A stretch of 63,988 nucleotides of DNA, filler included, from Perkinsus olseni (Eukaryota): the NCBI GenBank assembly GCA_013115125.1. It is 3 parts of 3 records of this genome, joined end to end, with 100 filler letters (N's around TTAATTAATTAA, not from the genome) between each part and the next. Parts side by side here need not be neighbours in the genome. Positions count along the whole stretch, not along the records: positions 23,607 to 47,088 come from JABANN010000520.1; 2 more parts are not named here. The stretch is one strand, 5' to 3'. Shown piece by piece: positions 28,480-40,725 of this stretch. The notes under the pieces were generated by a model. That model saw only the letters and a program-made list of their open reading frames with translations. It had not been told where the DNA came from and searched no databases. Position 1 is the stretch's first letter, and each line of letters begins with the position of its first letter. The position numbers were made by a program, and so were the translations under genes.

Positions 28480-29647
28480 ATGGCGGTAGCGGTCGGGTCA
28501 ACTTCGACGATCGGCGCCGCCTTCCTTCGGGGCGTGGGTTCAACAGCGATGGGTGACGAGTGCCAGGATGTAATAAGAGGCGAAGCGAAGCGATTTTTTA
28601 TTAGTTTTTTTCAGGGTCCATTTTATAACGTTGATGCTCGTACGCGGAAGGCTATGCAGAGGAGCTTGTCCGTGCTGCAGATGGTGCGGGCTGACAACAG
28701 TGAGCTTCGCTCCGCTGAGATTTTTCGAATAGTTTGGGTTGCATCAGGTCTGCATAGAGTTGCTGATCGGCTGTATTTGAGCTCAGTAAGCGGAGCGATA
28801 AATTTGAACGAATTGAGGCGACACAAAATAACGCACATATTGTGTGTGGCGAGTGGCATAAGGTATTATTGGTGTGATGGATGGGAGCTGTGCCGGCATG
28901 GCAGAGGACCATGGTTCTATCCCGGTAGATTGTATTTTTCAGACCGCTGTACCCGGATTGTTTTACGTACAAGTGCGCCGATATTCTGGACGCTGAGAGC
29001 GAGAGTCTCCTCGATGTAAGAAACGAATTTTACTACGAAATTTAGATGAATTTTTTCCTACCAAATTTTTTGTTTAGATACTCCCGAGTTGCCTGTCGTG
29101 GATGATATCTGCGCAGCGCGAAGATTCTAGGAACACGATACTCGTGCATTGTTTTGCCGGAAGGTAGTAGAAAAACTACTTTGTTGGTGGGTATCTTTCC
29201 GCAATGTCTTTGCAATTTGCGCAGCGCGAAGATTCCGACTGTTCATTAACAGTATCAGTTAGTAAATTGATACTGCTCATGTCACCGTGGCAAGATTCGA
29301 AAAAAAAGATTCCATCTCACTTTCGAGGTCAGGTCGAGGTCGGTCGGAGTTCTTCTCGCCTACTTCGTTTTGGTGATGAGGATTCCCTTCAGGCTGGCAT
29401 TCGCACATGTAAGATTGGTGAAATCGATCACGTGATCGATTTGGATTCTTGGTCTCAGCTACGCCGGATGCGACCAGAGTGCAGTCCGAATAATGGTTTT
29501 ATGCAGCAGTTGGCGGCCTTCGAGAAAGAAGTGTTAAAAAATTCCGGGCCGATTTCGGTAATAGAAAGTGGAAAGATGCGCCCGCACCGCGAAGGTTTTG
29601 GGTCAGGTATCCCGGCCCTCCGCCATATTTGCGGTGGAGAACCTTGA
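28480..29647 (+). CDS. Dual-specificity protein phosphatase, multi-exon
   Basis: RLYLSS..ITHILCVA; catalytic VHCFAG|RSRS split by an intron; RPECSPNNGFMQQL. Confidence 0.9.
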
Positions 29648-30786
29648 GGAGAAATTGGAACTAGTCGTGATGGCAGCAAAGGAACGTTTAAGTGGGTACC
29701 TGTTTTGCATCTTGCCTGGATCAACCTAAGATGCTTTTCATGGGGTTACGAGAATCTAACTACTCTGTATTGTCCCTGCATCAACCTAAGATACTCTGTT
29801 TCAGGAGTGATGGACGCGGAATTGCTCGCGTCCCCGCAGCCACTGCCCACGTATTTTGGGAAGGCGTCACAGAGAGAGGTAAAAGGGAAGATTCGATTCG
29901 ACAATTCTTAGCGGAGCGAAGTTTTTTTTCGGGCTCCAAAAATAGATCTCATTGTGTTGGGCTAATTGAATTGGTTTTTTTCTGTTGAGACCTACCAGCG
30001 GAGAATCCTTCACGCTGCGGGGTCTCTTGGTAACCTTTTCTGTCGCTGGCGTGGGTCAACCTAAGATACCAGATGCGTTTTTATGTCAGGGCGTGAGCGG
30101 TGAGGTTTTTGGATACCCCAGGGACTATGTAATGAGCTCATTGTTTTTCCGAGGTAAGCGTTTATATATGAAGTATCTTAGGTTGAACCTAGGAAGTCAT
30201 GGAGGTCGGAGATACGCCTGGTTGGTATGTATATGATGACCCTTATTAAAAGCGCTGCAGTGGGCGGCGGGTTGGCAGTTTTAACGGTCGTAGCGGAAGG
30301 ACACCGGTGAAGATTTTTTTGAGCGGAGCGAAGCGTGGAAGGTTTGGCTATACTTATTCTTCTCGAGCGTATCTTTGGCGAGGTTGATCTACACGTGTGA
30401 GGTCACAATCCATTTTGTCCCTCACCACCTCCACCACCATCAGTGTTGTTGATGATCAGCTTGTTATTCGATGCAACTGTTGGGTTAGAAACCTAATCTA
30501 ATGAAGTGGGTTGTGGTAGGAGTTACGGAATTTACGGTATGTAAAAAATTAATTAATTTCTGTCAACCGTGAATCCAATTTAGTATAGGTGACGTCACTA
30601 GGGGTGGGCGCCACTTAACTAATCTAACGATTCCGTTTCCGCTGAGCCGGACTCTGATTTTCCGTGTCGACCCGGGAAGCGAAAAGTGTCGACCCGCGCA
30701 AGATAACACTGCTAGGTCGTATCAGATATTTAATGAGGGTGGAGTAGCTGTTACCCCTTCAGAGTACTTCTTTTTCTCCACACCGG

Positions 30787-33700
30787 ATGCCACCTAGGAA
30801 GGTCGCTGCCAAAAGCAAACCATCATCGCCAGCAGCTCAACGCAAGAAGAGCGAGGAAGAGGAAGTTGAAGTGGTTGTTGAGAATGACGGCGGCAAGGCG
30901 GGTGCTGTTGGTGCGGAAGGAGGCGAGGAGACGGTGGAGGTAGTAGTACATGGGCAGGATTATGAGGTATATCATTTATGAATACTGAGAAAAACGGTTT
31001 CATGCAAATAGCGTTGCAATTATCGCGGCGGAGCGAAGCTGGTCATTTTTAAATACCTGTTGTCTGGCAATTCATCTTGATGGTGAGATGACTTTCATTT
31101 AACGATTGTTGTTTCATCTCCTTGTCGATCCATCAGTATTAACAGATTTATTTCATCGGGAGTTATTATAGTACAGGGTCACGCCGACTGGAAAACACGG
31201 ACGAAATAACACGCCGTCTCAATGACGTCTGAAGATGCGGTAGACCATCATGATGTACCAGGCTGTCAAACTCAATGGTTGAATTCGCAAATTCTGTACC
31301 CGATTCTGTATACCGGTTATTAAATACTGTCGTAGTTGTCGTGATTTTAGATATCTTCGAGTGAGCCGACGAAGGACGTCGAAATGACACCGGTGGAGTT
31401 GGTGGAAGAAGCGGAAGGGGAGGAGAAAAGAGAAGAGGCGGAGGAAGTTAAAGAAGTGGGATTGAAAATCTTGGCTGTGCGCAGAGATATTTTCTTAGGA
31501 GGTCCCAGCGGAGATGAATGATTTTGAGGAAGATACTCGTCCACGTGTGACGGAAATTGGGAAGTTTGGGAGCTTCGATTCGACGTTGGATACCTATTTT
31601 GGCTTTGGCGGGTTGCTGGGCTCAAACTCGACCGAGGGCTTCCAGTATCTACTGAGCGGTGCCAGGAGCAATATTGGGGTGAAGGGAGGACGTCGGGGTA
31701 TCTTTGCATTTGAGGTGAGCATGCTTCAACCTTCTCCAGTCGGATATTTTGGAAAATTAATTCCCTAATTCCCGGGGGTTAATTTTTTGATAGGAATCTT
31801 GGGGTGCGTATCTTCGAGTTTTGTCACCTCGGATACTACTGGATGTAGACGCGTGATCATGATCGTTTTAGCGAAGGAATCTTGGACCATTCCGCGGTGG
31901 AATGTGAGCATGAAAGATGCTTCCCTATTGATTCAGTGTGGAAAGATTCTTATAGGGAAGCTGCGTCTTTTCTTGAGGGCTCGCATTTGTGGGCGAGGTG
32001 TGGTATCTTGTCAGGTTAAAATCGCTGAGGTATTGACGCCGATGGACTCAGCTTGTAACAGGCAAGCCTATCTCCCTCTCAATAAGTAGGTGGGGAAGGG
32101 AGGATTCGATAGAGAGCAACGAACGCTTTCTGTGGTGTCCTGAATCTGTGGGTTGGGTACCAACTCATGGTCATAGTGCTCGTGCTGAGTGGTACGCGAA
32201 CTCAGTTCCCAGTGAGAAGGAACCGCAAGGTTAGTTGGCTCGTCAGGAGTCGACGGAATCTTATGAGTAACGCTGTATGAAGGAGGGAAGGGAAGTCCTG
32301 AACGCAACTGGGTTGGGTTTGCCAGCGCTGAGATCTCAGCGACGTCGGACTGAGGACTTCGTTGGTGAAGTCGAGGTGAAAGAGACCGCGAAAGGAAGTT
32401 TTTAGCCTTGTCTCGGAACCGGTATGTCGGTTCAAGATGCATCTTGAGGTCGGTCTGTGTCGCTCGCGAGGACACTTAGTAGAAGGGAGATCGATATCTT
32501 CCGAGGAGGGCTCTTGGGTCCGGGGGAGAGAGTATCTTTCGCTCACCTGAGTAGAAGACAGAATAGGTCCAACATGATGCAAAGCGTATCTTTTTACTAA
32601 CCATCTGCACGGCACCTGTAAATAGCCAGGATTAGCGTCCGAAGCAAGATGTACTCACGGAAGATCCGACGGTCCCAAAGAAGATCCGAAGGTGTGGTAT
32701 GGACCACGGCGTGATGCTAGAGTTCACAGGCCTCAACTAACTCTGGATGGAGCACACCCTTCACTCGGCGACGTCATTCCTCAACGCGTTAGTTCTCTGA
32801 TACTTTCGGATCGGAATCTTTCAGAATCTTCACTCCGATCACCATTCACTGGGAGGTTGCAGCCGTAAGTCAGTAGCCACTGCGATTGATATCTTATCGC
32901 ACTGCGAAGCTTTTTCTCGGAGGATATGCTAGGTGAATTATCCCTCTGCTCGCGGACTAACCGCATGAGGCATCCCATGATGATAGTTGCAATTGATCAA
33001 CCGGGCGCGCGCGATATTGGCCGAGATTAAGTGATATGAAAGTCTTCTCAGCAAGCTCTTCGAAACGGAGGCACTGTAGTCACGCAGCTCAAGGACCCCG
33101 CGGTATTATTAGTAATTTGAGGAATTGCAAGATAGCAAGATAGCAAGGCACTCAGCTGGCAGACAAGGAAGGTTCTCAATTATCTATTGATTGGGAACAG
33201 CAAGAGCAGTTTCATCCCACGACGACTGTGTGTAATCGATCAACTGGCCGCGCGTGGCTGTAGCTGGTCAGAATCGGTTCAATGACAGTGGCAGAAAAGA
33301 GTTATCGGGGCCGAAAGAACTTACCTGGGAAGGGCGTATCTTACTACTGCTATGTCGTCGCGGGAGGGCGTCGTGGGTACTCCGCGGGAGTACCCTGTTC
33401 GGAATTTTCGGTTTTCCCGCCTTCGGTGGATGTTTTTTGCAAGTTACTGCGATCTTCAGTAGTGCCTCTCATCGGTGGAGAAGTTTTGGAAAATTCTGTT
33501 CTTCGGAGAATTTCTGGAAAATTCTGATTTTCCGGAGAATTTCTGGAAAATTCTGTTTTTTCGGAAAATTTTTGGAAAATTCTTTTTTTCGGAGATTTTT
33601 TGGAGAACTTGACGAATCCATATTAGTATATACGAGAAGTACCGTAAGGCGGTCACCTCTAGTTTAAGCGGAAATTTTAGCCGTTCGCAAAATTCGTTGA

Positions 33701-36700
33701 TATTTCGGAAAGTGTGAAAATTTTGAAAATTCTGCGGGCCGTCGATAGTGTCTTTCATTGGTGGGAGGAGAAATTTGCGGGAAATTTTATATTTTTTTTC
33801 CAAAAATTCCGGAAAATTTTTCTCGAATCTATGCTGGTATAAGCATACGGAACTACGTCTAGTTCTGGGTAAAATTTCAGTGGAAAAACTTTTCGAGCGA
33901 TTTTCTGATTATTTTTTTCAGCATCAGTTTGGGAGTGATGGAACTGACGGCTCGCTAGATGCCGAAGAGGTGAGGCCTGGTGGGGGCGTATCTTGAGGTC
34001 ACCATGGGCAATGACGGAATTTCGTGGCGCGCGACTTTATGTTGCGACTAGTGGATGACGTGAACGGATCGTCGAAAGTCCGAGCGAGAGTTACATCGCA
34101 GACGGGACTGCGAGTATCTTTCGCGGCGACCTTTTTCGGCTGAGGCCGGCTTGTTCGAAAGATACCGGCTGAAGGTAACATCGTTGGCACTTAGTATTAC
34201 GACTTGTGGAGGATTGTCAGCAGGACTGCGGAGAATCTTGGAAAATATCTTCGAGCTCGGCTGAGGGCAGCTCGCCTAAAAGATACCAGTAGAACGTATC
34301 TTAGTGGCCCGGCTGAAAAAAACGGCGGAGCGAAGCGGAATTTTCCAGTTTTCACCATCTGGTTATTGCGAATCGTCGAACGCGATATTTCGATTAGCGC
34401 AACACAAGCAGTGGGGGGCATCTGGCCCTGCGTCCAGATGGATGATTAGGGCAAGGAGTGGTACGATCCTAAGGGAAGCACGAACGATACATGAAGCGGC
34501 TCAGGCGAGACGATGGCTGGAAACCCTTGATGAATGAAGGCTGAGGACAGGCCGACGATTTAGCCGGGGGATTTTTTCCGGGAAAATTTTTCCTGTCTCT
34601 CTGGACGGGTCATTATAATTCACCTTGACAACACTCAACGGATCGTCAGCTTCGATTCGGAGCAGTTGTGAGGCCGCGTTTTTTTGCTGGGGAATTTATT
34701 CCGGGTGAGTTGCTCCCAGCTTTACCTTCACTTTACCGATACTTATCTACCCTTGGACGGGTGGCCATCATCCTCCGAGAGAAGCACATCGAGGAGGGCA
34801 AGGTGTGGTATTGCAATGCTGGAAGCGCACGGATTATGACCACTCACGGCACAGCGATTTAAACCTGGTTCGGGGCAGGCCGACGATTTTCGTTGAGAGA
34901 TTTTTTCCGTCTCGAAATGAGAGACGGGAGCTTCCTATGGAACTGATTCATCTCCACAGAACCGATCATCAACCATCGAGGCAATAGGATCGCTATCCGG
35001 ATAGATCGACCCATGGACCTCCGTCACGGAATCAGTATTGCAAAAGTTACGGCCAATGGCTGGGCAGCATCTCCTGTCTTCGAGGCAGTTCGAAGGGACG
35101 CGCGGAATAGAGGATACAACCTTCGGCCCTGTCAGATGGTCTCTGAGGGAGTTTCAGCGCAATCTGGAAACTATATAGTAATTCTTTGCATTACGATGAT
35201 GGTATATATCTCCTGATAATTTGGGAAGTCCTATTTTTCGCCGATGAATTTGAGAATCGTGAAAACTATAGTATTGATGACTTGTAAAAAATTTTACTTG
35301 ACGGAACGAATGCAACTCCTCTGTGTAATATTGTGGAGAGTAATTTCCACGGTTATGTTGATCGTGGTTGTCTGAAATTTCCAGTGGACTTTTTCCGTTT
35401 TCTAGGCATTGCCTTCGCGTTGGCTTCTCTACCATCGAGGGGAGTGTCTTGCTGGGCACGGACGAGCATGGTGTCGCCTTTGACGCTGGCCTGGGATATG
35501 ATAGAGTTTACGGTCATCCCAAGCAACAACATGCGGGAAGATTCGCTAGTAAGCTAGGACGGCGGTTTCAGGAATTTATTTTTAGCTGATTTTCCGAAGA
35601 ATTTATGTTTTAAGGGAGAAATAAGAAGATTTTTCGAGTTTATTGGGCGTGGTTTCCGGGAAATTATAACCTTTCGAGTAGATGGTATCTCTTTCTTAGT
35701 TTTCATCAAGCTCAACCTCTTCGTATTGGGGTCGAAAACGTAGAAAATTTTCTTCCCAATTTTTTTTCGGAAGTATTTTCACTTTTGAAGGGGAACTGCA
35801 TCGTTTATAATCGGGAAAATATTTTTCCACTTCGGAAAAAACTCCGGTCTTGTCTCATTTCATTTTACTTCAGACGGCCCTTGCGTGTGGAAGGGGACGC
35901 ACACGACTTTCATAGACAAGGCAGATTTCGGTAAATTTTCCGCAAAATTTACGGAAAATTCTGGAATTTTTTCCTCATCGTCAGGTCTTGATGACATCGT
36001 TACCGTCGTATTGAATCTAGGAGAAGATTCTGATGACCACCATTCGAATTCAATTGCTCTTTTCAAAAACGGCCAGCGAGTTACTGACCCGATTCCCATC
36101 CCAGCGGAGCTCCTGGGCAAGGACATCTTCCCGACGATCACCTTCAAGAACGTCCGGGTTGCGATCAATCTCGGACACTCTGCTGACGGACGGAGACCGG
36201 CCGAGCTGGCTGGCCTTACTCAGAGGCTGCCGTTCAGATGTCGAAGTTTGCAGCAGAGCGCGGCGGAAGATATTTCCGTTTCACCGTATTTTTCGAACCA
36301 GCCGAAGGAGCCGGAGGCGCTGATATTAGTTGGACTGCCCGATCAAGGCGTGTTCGATTTTGTGGATTATTTTATGAAGAAGAACCCGTATAAGTACACG
36401 GAGGTATCGGACAGGACGATGTTTGAATGGTGAGAAAATTACAATCGGAATTTTTCGCGCATTTTTCGGCTTCTCTTGTAGGGGGTTCGCGTTTTCTTTT
36501 GAAATCGCCTGGATTTTTTATTGACGAGAATAATTGCGGGAAGAATTTTAACATTTTTTGCAATTTTCAGGTTGAAATCATCTTCGCTCCGCCCGCTCCG
36601 ACGAGGAACGGAACCCTCGAATGACCGACCGGATTATCTTTTCGGGATTCAGCCTATCGACGAGGGTATCATACGCTCGCGCATAAGAGATTTCGCGAAC

Positions 36701-39700
36701 TCGGAACAGGATGGACGATCGATTGTAGTGACGGGGGATCGAACCTGTGCGGCAAATGGGTTGGAGGGTTTTGAGCAGATACTGGTTGAGATAAAAGGAG
36801 GGCTGCTGCAAGAGGAAAGAGCTAAAATTATGTCGAAATTTTCGGCTCATAAACGTAAGATTTATGAAATTATTTTATCCTCGTTTGAGTTACCGGGATT
36901 ATTCTCCTATGTTAACACAGTGACGGTTCTTGCTTTTCGATGAACAGTAGTGCTGTGCGTGAGATTTTGCGCAGAAATTTCTCAAATTTTTCCGGAGAAT
37001 TTTTTCTCATCAGAATTTTCGGAATTTTCTTTCAAAAAATAACAGGACTGGTCGTTTCTTAGGCATTGCCAGGATCTGCGTGGGAGAGCCCGACCCTGAG
37101 TACCAAAATTACGTCAAAGATTTGGTACGGGGAGAAATTGTGACGGCGAAGTCGGCGGAGCGGGAGAGAAAGATTGAGGAGTTGAAGAAGGAGTGGAAGG
37201 CGAGGATGGTGGAGAAGGAAAGGCAGAGAAAAGGTAATAATGAAAAGCGCGGGCGCTGGGGATAGAACCTGGGTGATGTGAATGAAAAGACGTCGTAATA
37301 TTGTTGTTGAAGTTGAATGAAAAATCTCAGCGGAGGTTGATTGGGCAGGAAATTTTCGATATTTTTCGAACGCATTGTATGTTTTTGAGTGATACCCTCC
37401 GCGGGTATTGAACCTGGGTTTGCTTCTTCTCAGTCAAAGCCGCTGCCCGTGCAGCTGAGAAGGCACGCAGGGAGGCGGCTGCGGAGGCTCGTCGTAAGCG
37501 GAAGGAGGCGGCGATGAGAGCGGCCGCGGCTAAGAGGGCGGCCGAAGCACGAAAGGGTGATGAGCCGGCGACCGATGAGGCTAGCGAAAATAAAACCGCT
37601 GATGACGTTGTTATGAACGCCCAGGAAGAAGTAGTAGTTTGGGGGATTTGTGGTATGATGAGGCTGAGCGGAAGTATTTCTGTAAGGCTGCGCTCCGCTT
37701 CGACTTCTTGGGGAATCTTTGGACTGCGGCTGAATATCCTTTTTATTTTCATTTTTTTCTGTGAAGCCAGGGCGATGTATTTGCTTCAGAAAGAGTTTTT
37801 TTCGGAAAGAAAAGATTTTCGTCATCGTATGACGATTTTTTCCCGCGGCGAACTCCCAGGGTATCTTCCTGCGTGGCGGAATGTCTTTTGTATTCATTTT
37901 TCGCGAATTTCCGTGGCGAGAAATTTTCGTGCTTGAATTGGTGTCTTTCTCAATTTCGTGAAAAATTATTGTTTTTTGCACTCAACAATTTGTCGAATTT
38001 TCCGCAGGCCGAGAGTGAGGAGGAGCACGTGGAAGAGGTCGAGGAAGAAGAGGAGGCCGACGAGCCCGAGCCGACCCTCCCTGAGGTTGAAGTCACTGAT
38101 GATGATTTGAGGAAGGCCATGTAATAGCGGGGAAAAGGGAAATTGGGCTGTTCAATAGACTGTCTCTGTTGAATTTTGGGAGCGCTCCTGGGAGTCAGCT
38201 CGCCGTGTAAGAGTGGTTTTGAAACAAGGAGGGGCAGTCTATTTAAAACCTCGTTTGAATCGCTGAAATTTCTCAGAAAATTTTCCGGGAAGTTTTACGT
38301 TTTTTTCAGGACTGGCGGTTACTTCCGCCGCCAAAGGCTACACGATATCAGCCCGGGCAGTTTATCGGCGGGGTATCTTAGCTTCACTCTGCCAAACGCG
38401 GAAGATTCTTTCGAGGACGGTCGCAAGGTATTTGACGAAGTTGTTTATGAGTGGGAAAAAAAGGAAGACGCTGAAAAGTGGGAGAAATTTTTACCGTTTT
38501 TTTATGATTTTTTTTGTGTGTTAGTAAACTGGCAGCGTGGATACGGAATCGTAAGGTGCTCGAAAAGGTGCCGTCGATTACCAAGCCGAGCGAATGGTTT
38601 GAAGTTCAAAAGAACGCCTGGTCGGAGACCAAGCTGGAGTGGAGGAAAAAGCATAGGTAATGGGGAATTTATTCCGATTTTGGGGCGTTTTTACGCAGGA
38701 TGGATTTGGGTTTATCGGTATCTATCATAGGCGTTTTGATAGAAAACTTGCCGTGGCAATATATCACCGCCTTCTGAGGGGTGTTCGTGCTGGGGGTCGA
38801 ACCTGTGCGGGTTTGGTGATGTTAGGACGTACCTGCAAGCCGTGGCGATGAGGGAGGCGGCCGCAAAGAAGGCGGAGTCTGAGAAGGCTGCTAAGGAAGG
38901 GCAGGAGGTGAAAGCCGAGGCCTCAGCTGAGCCGAACGGTAGTACAGCCGGGGATAGAACCGGGGACCTTTGCATTACCCTGAGTCGGAATAGTATGGCG
39001 GCTGAACGTCGGGATATCTTTTACAATTTCGTGGCGCGCGAAATCCTCGGACTCGAATCACCGTAGTCTCTGATGAGTCCGGTGTCGGAATCTCGCTTCA
39101 ACCACAGATACTCCCCAAGCAGAGTCCCCTGCGGCCGACGCCGCCGCCGCTGAGTCACCAGCGTATATCGACCCTGATGACGCTGACGTGTGGGCGGTGG
39201 AGGATATTAACGACTTGGACGGCAAGGGCACTCCGTTATACGGCAAATTTAAGGCTGAGGATTGGCAGCTGTTGAATCTGCGTTATGATCTGCACTTACT
39301 GTGCCACGCCTTCTTCCGGGACGCGACGGCCGAGGATCCCGATATTAAGGGGATTCATAGGAGCCTTCTGCAGCACTATTATCAGACTTACTTTGCCCAG
39401 GGGCCGCCGCTGCTACCGTCGCTGTATGGCGGGAAGAGCGTGGATGAACTTTTGGATACTTTTGTGGTTGACACGATCACTGTGGGAGATGATGGGGTGC
39501 TGAGGACCGTGCATGATATTGATACTCCACAGTCGACTTTTGTGAGGTTGGTGGAGGCTGCTAGGAGGGAGAGGGAGAAGAGGATCGAAGCTGGGGACGA
39601 GAGTGCGAGAATTAGAATTGCCCAGCCCGTCACTGCGCCACGAAATTCGGGTGGTGGAAAGGGCCCTACGGTGCGAGATAACAGGAGCAGCGGTCATCGT

Positions 39701-40576
39701 GGAGGGAAGGGAGGAGTCGGACACCCGACGAGGAAGTATGGCCAACAGCAGCATCACAATAGATGTAGTGCTGGCGGGAGGCTCGTTGGGATGAGTCAGT
39801 TAGTAATCTTCCGTCGGGGTGATTGATTTTCCAAGATGGTGGCTTCGCAAGTGGTTGTTTTCGGGTTTCTCAGCTCTCGCAAAACTGTGGTCGTCGAGCC
39901 TCTCACGACTAAAATGATTCTTCAGGAGTGAAATTGTTTTTCGTGTCAACTTTGATAAAGTTTATAAACTTTATATCATCTGCGCGCGGCCGTGTGATAG
40001 TGATGAGACTTTTTGGTGGACAAAGAAGCCCGGGTCGTTCTGATTATTGTTTTTTAGATTCTCGGTCGCTGCCGTCGTCGCCTGGCCCCCGCGGAGGGTA
40101 TCAGGGAGCTCGACTGCCCCCAAGAGTCCATCATTATCAGCACACTTCATCAGCAGCCGGCCATCAGTAGTAGAGGGAGTATCTTAGGTTGAACATTGTC
40201 GGATAAGCGTAGGTATGGCTCGAGATATGCCAATACAGCGCCGGCTCAATCTGGATACTATGGAGGACAACAACAATATAATGCGGGGTAGGATCGACGC
40301 GGGTTCGATCCCTGCGGGCTACATTTTTTACCGTTCTCAACTGCTTTTCAATTAGCCCTGTTTTTAAAATTTCTCTCCTTTCCTAGGTACAAGCGTGGGT
40401 ATGAGTCTGCTGGTGTATACGAGTATGAGGCTGGTAAACGCCAGAAGGGTGAGACTGGGTTGTTTTCTCTTCGTTTTGGGAGAGTCTTATTGTTTGGATT
40501 TTCAGGTGGTGGACCGCCGCCGGGCCAGTATTATCAGGCATCCCATCAATATGGTGGTCAATATTATCGGCAATAA
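30787..40576 (+). CDS. hnRNP U-like protein (SPRY domain + degenerate P-loop region, acidic and Gly/Tyr-rich tails), multi-exon
   Basis: SPRY-like exons GARSNIGVKGG..FEVKI, HCLRVGFS..LLGTDEHG, DDIVTVVLNL..LFKNG..IFPTITFKN; then ILVGLPDQG; C-terminal G/Y/Q-rich exons ending TAA at 40574-40576. Confidence 0.7.
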
Positions 40577-40725
40577 CTCTTACGTTGATTCCTATGGTAG
40601 ATGATAAGTAGACAGCATTCGAATACATAGGTGTTGAGTTTAGTCTCACCCGGGGGAGCTGGTGCTTCGTTGTTGTCCAGCTTGGGTGGACCCTCGATAC
40701 CACAGATTTTTGCCCTGGTTGGTTG

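Noticed and set aside
33318-33331. U1 snRNA 5' end (ACTTACCTGG)
   Set aside because: No U1 loop I (GATCACGAAG-like) or other U1 features recognised downstream.
34192-34200. TAGTATTAC circovirus-type nonanucleotide
   Set aside because: No flanking stem; about 27 kb from Rep and on a different contig.
39070-39095. Hammerhead ribozyme core (CTGATGAGTCC)
   Set aside because: Stem II is not followed by GAAA, and the sequence lies in a probable coding exon.
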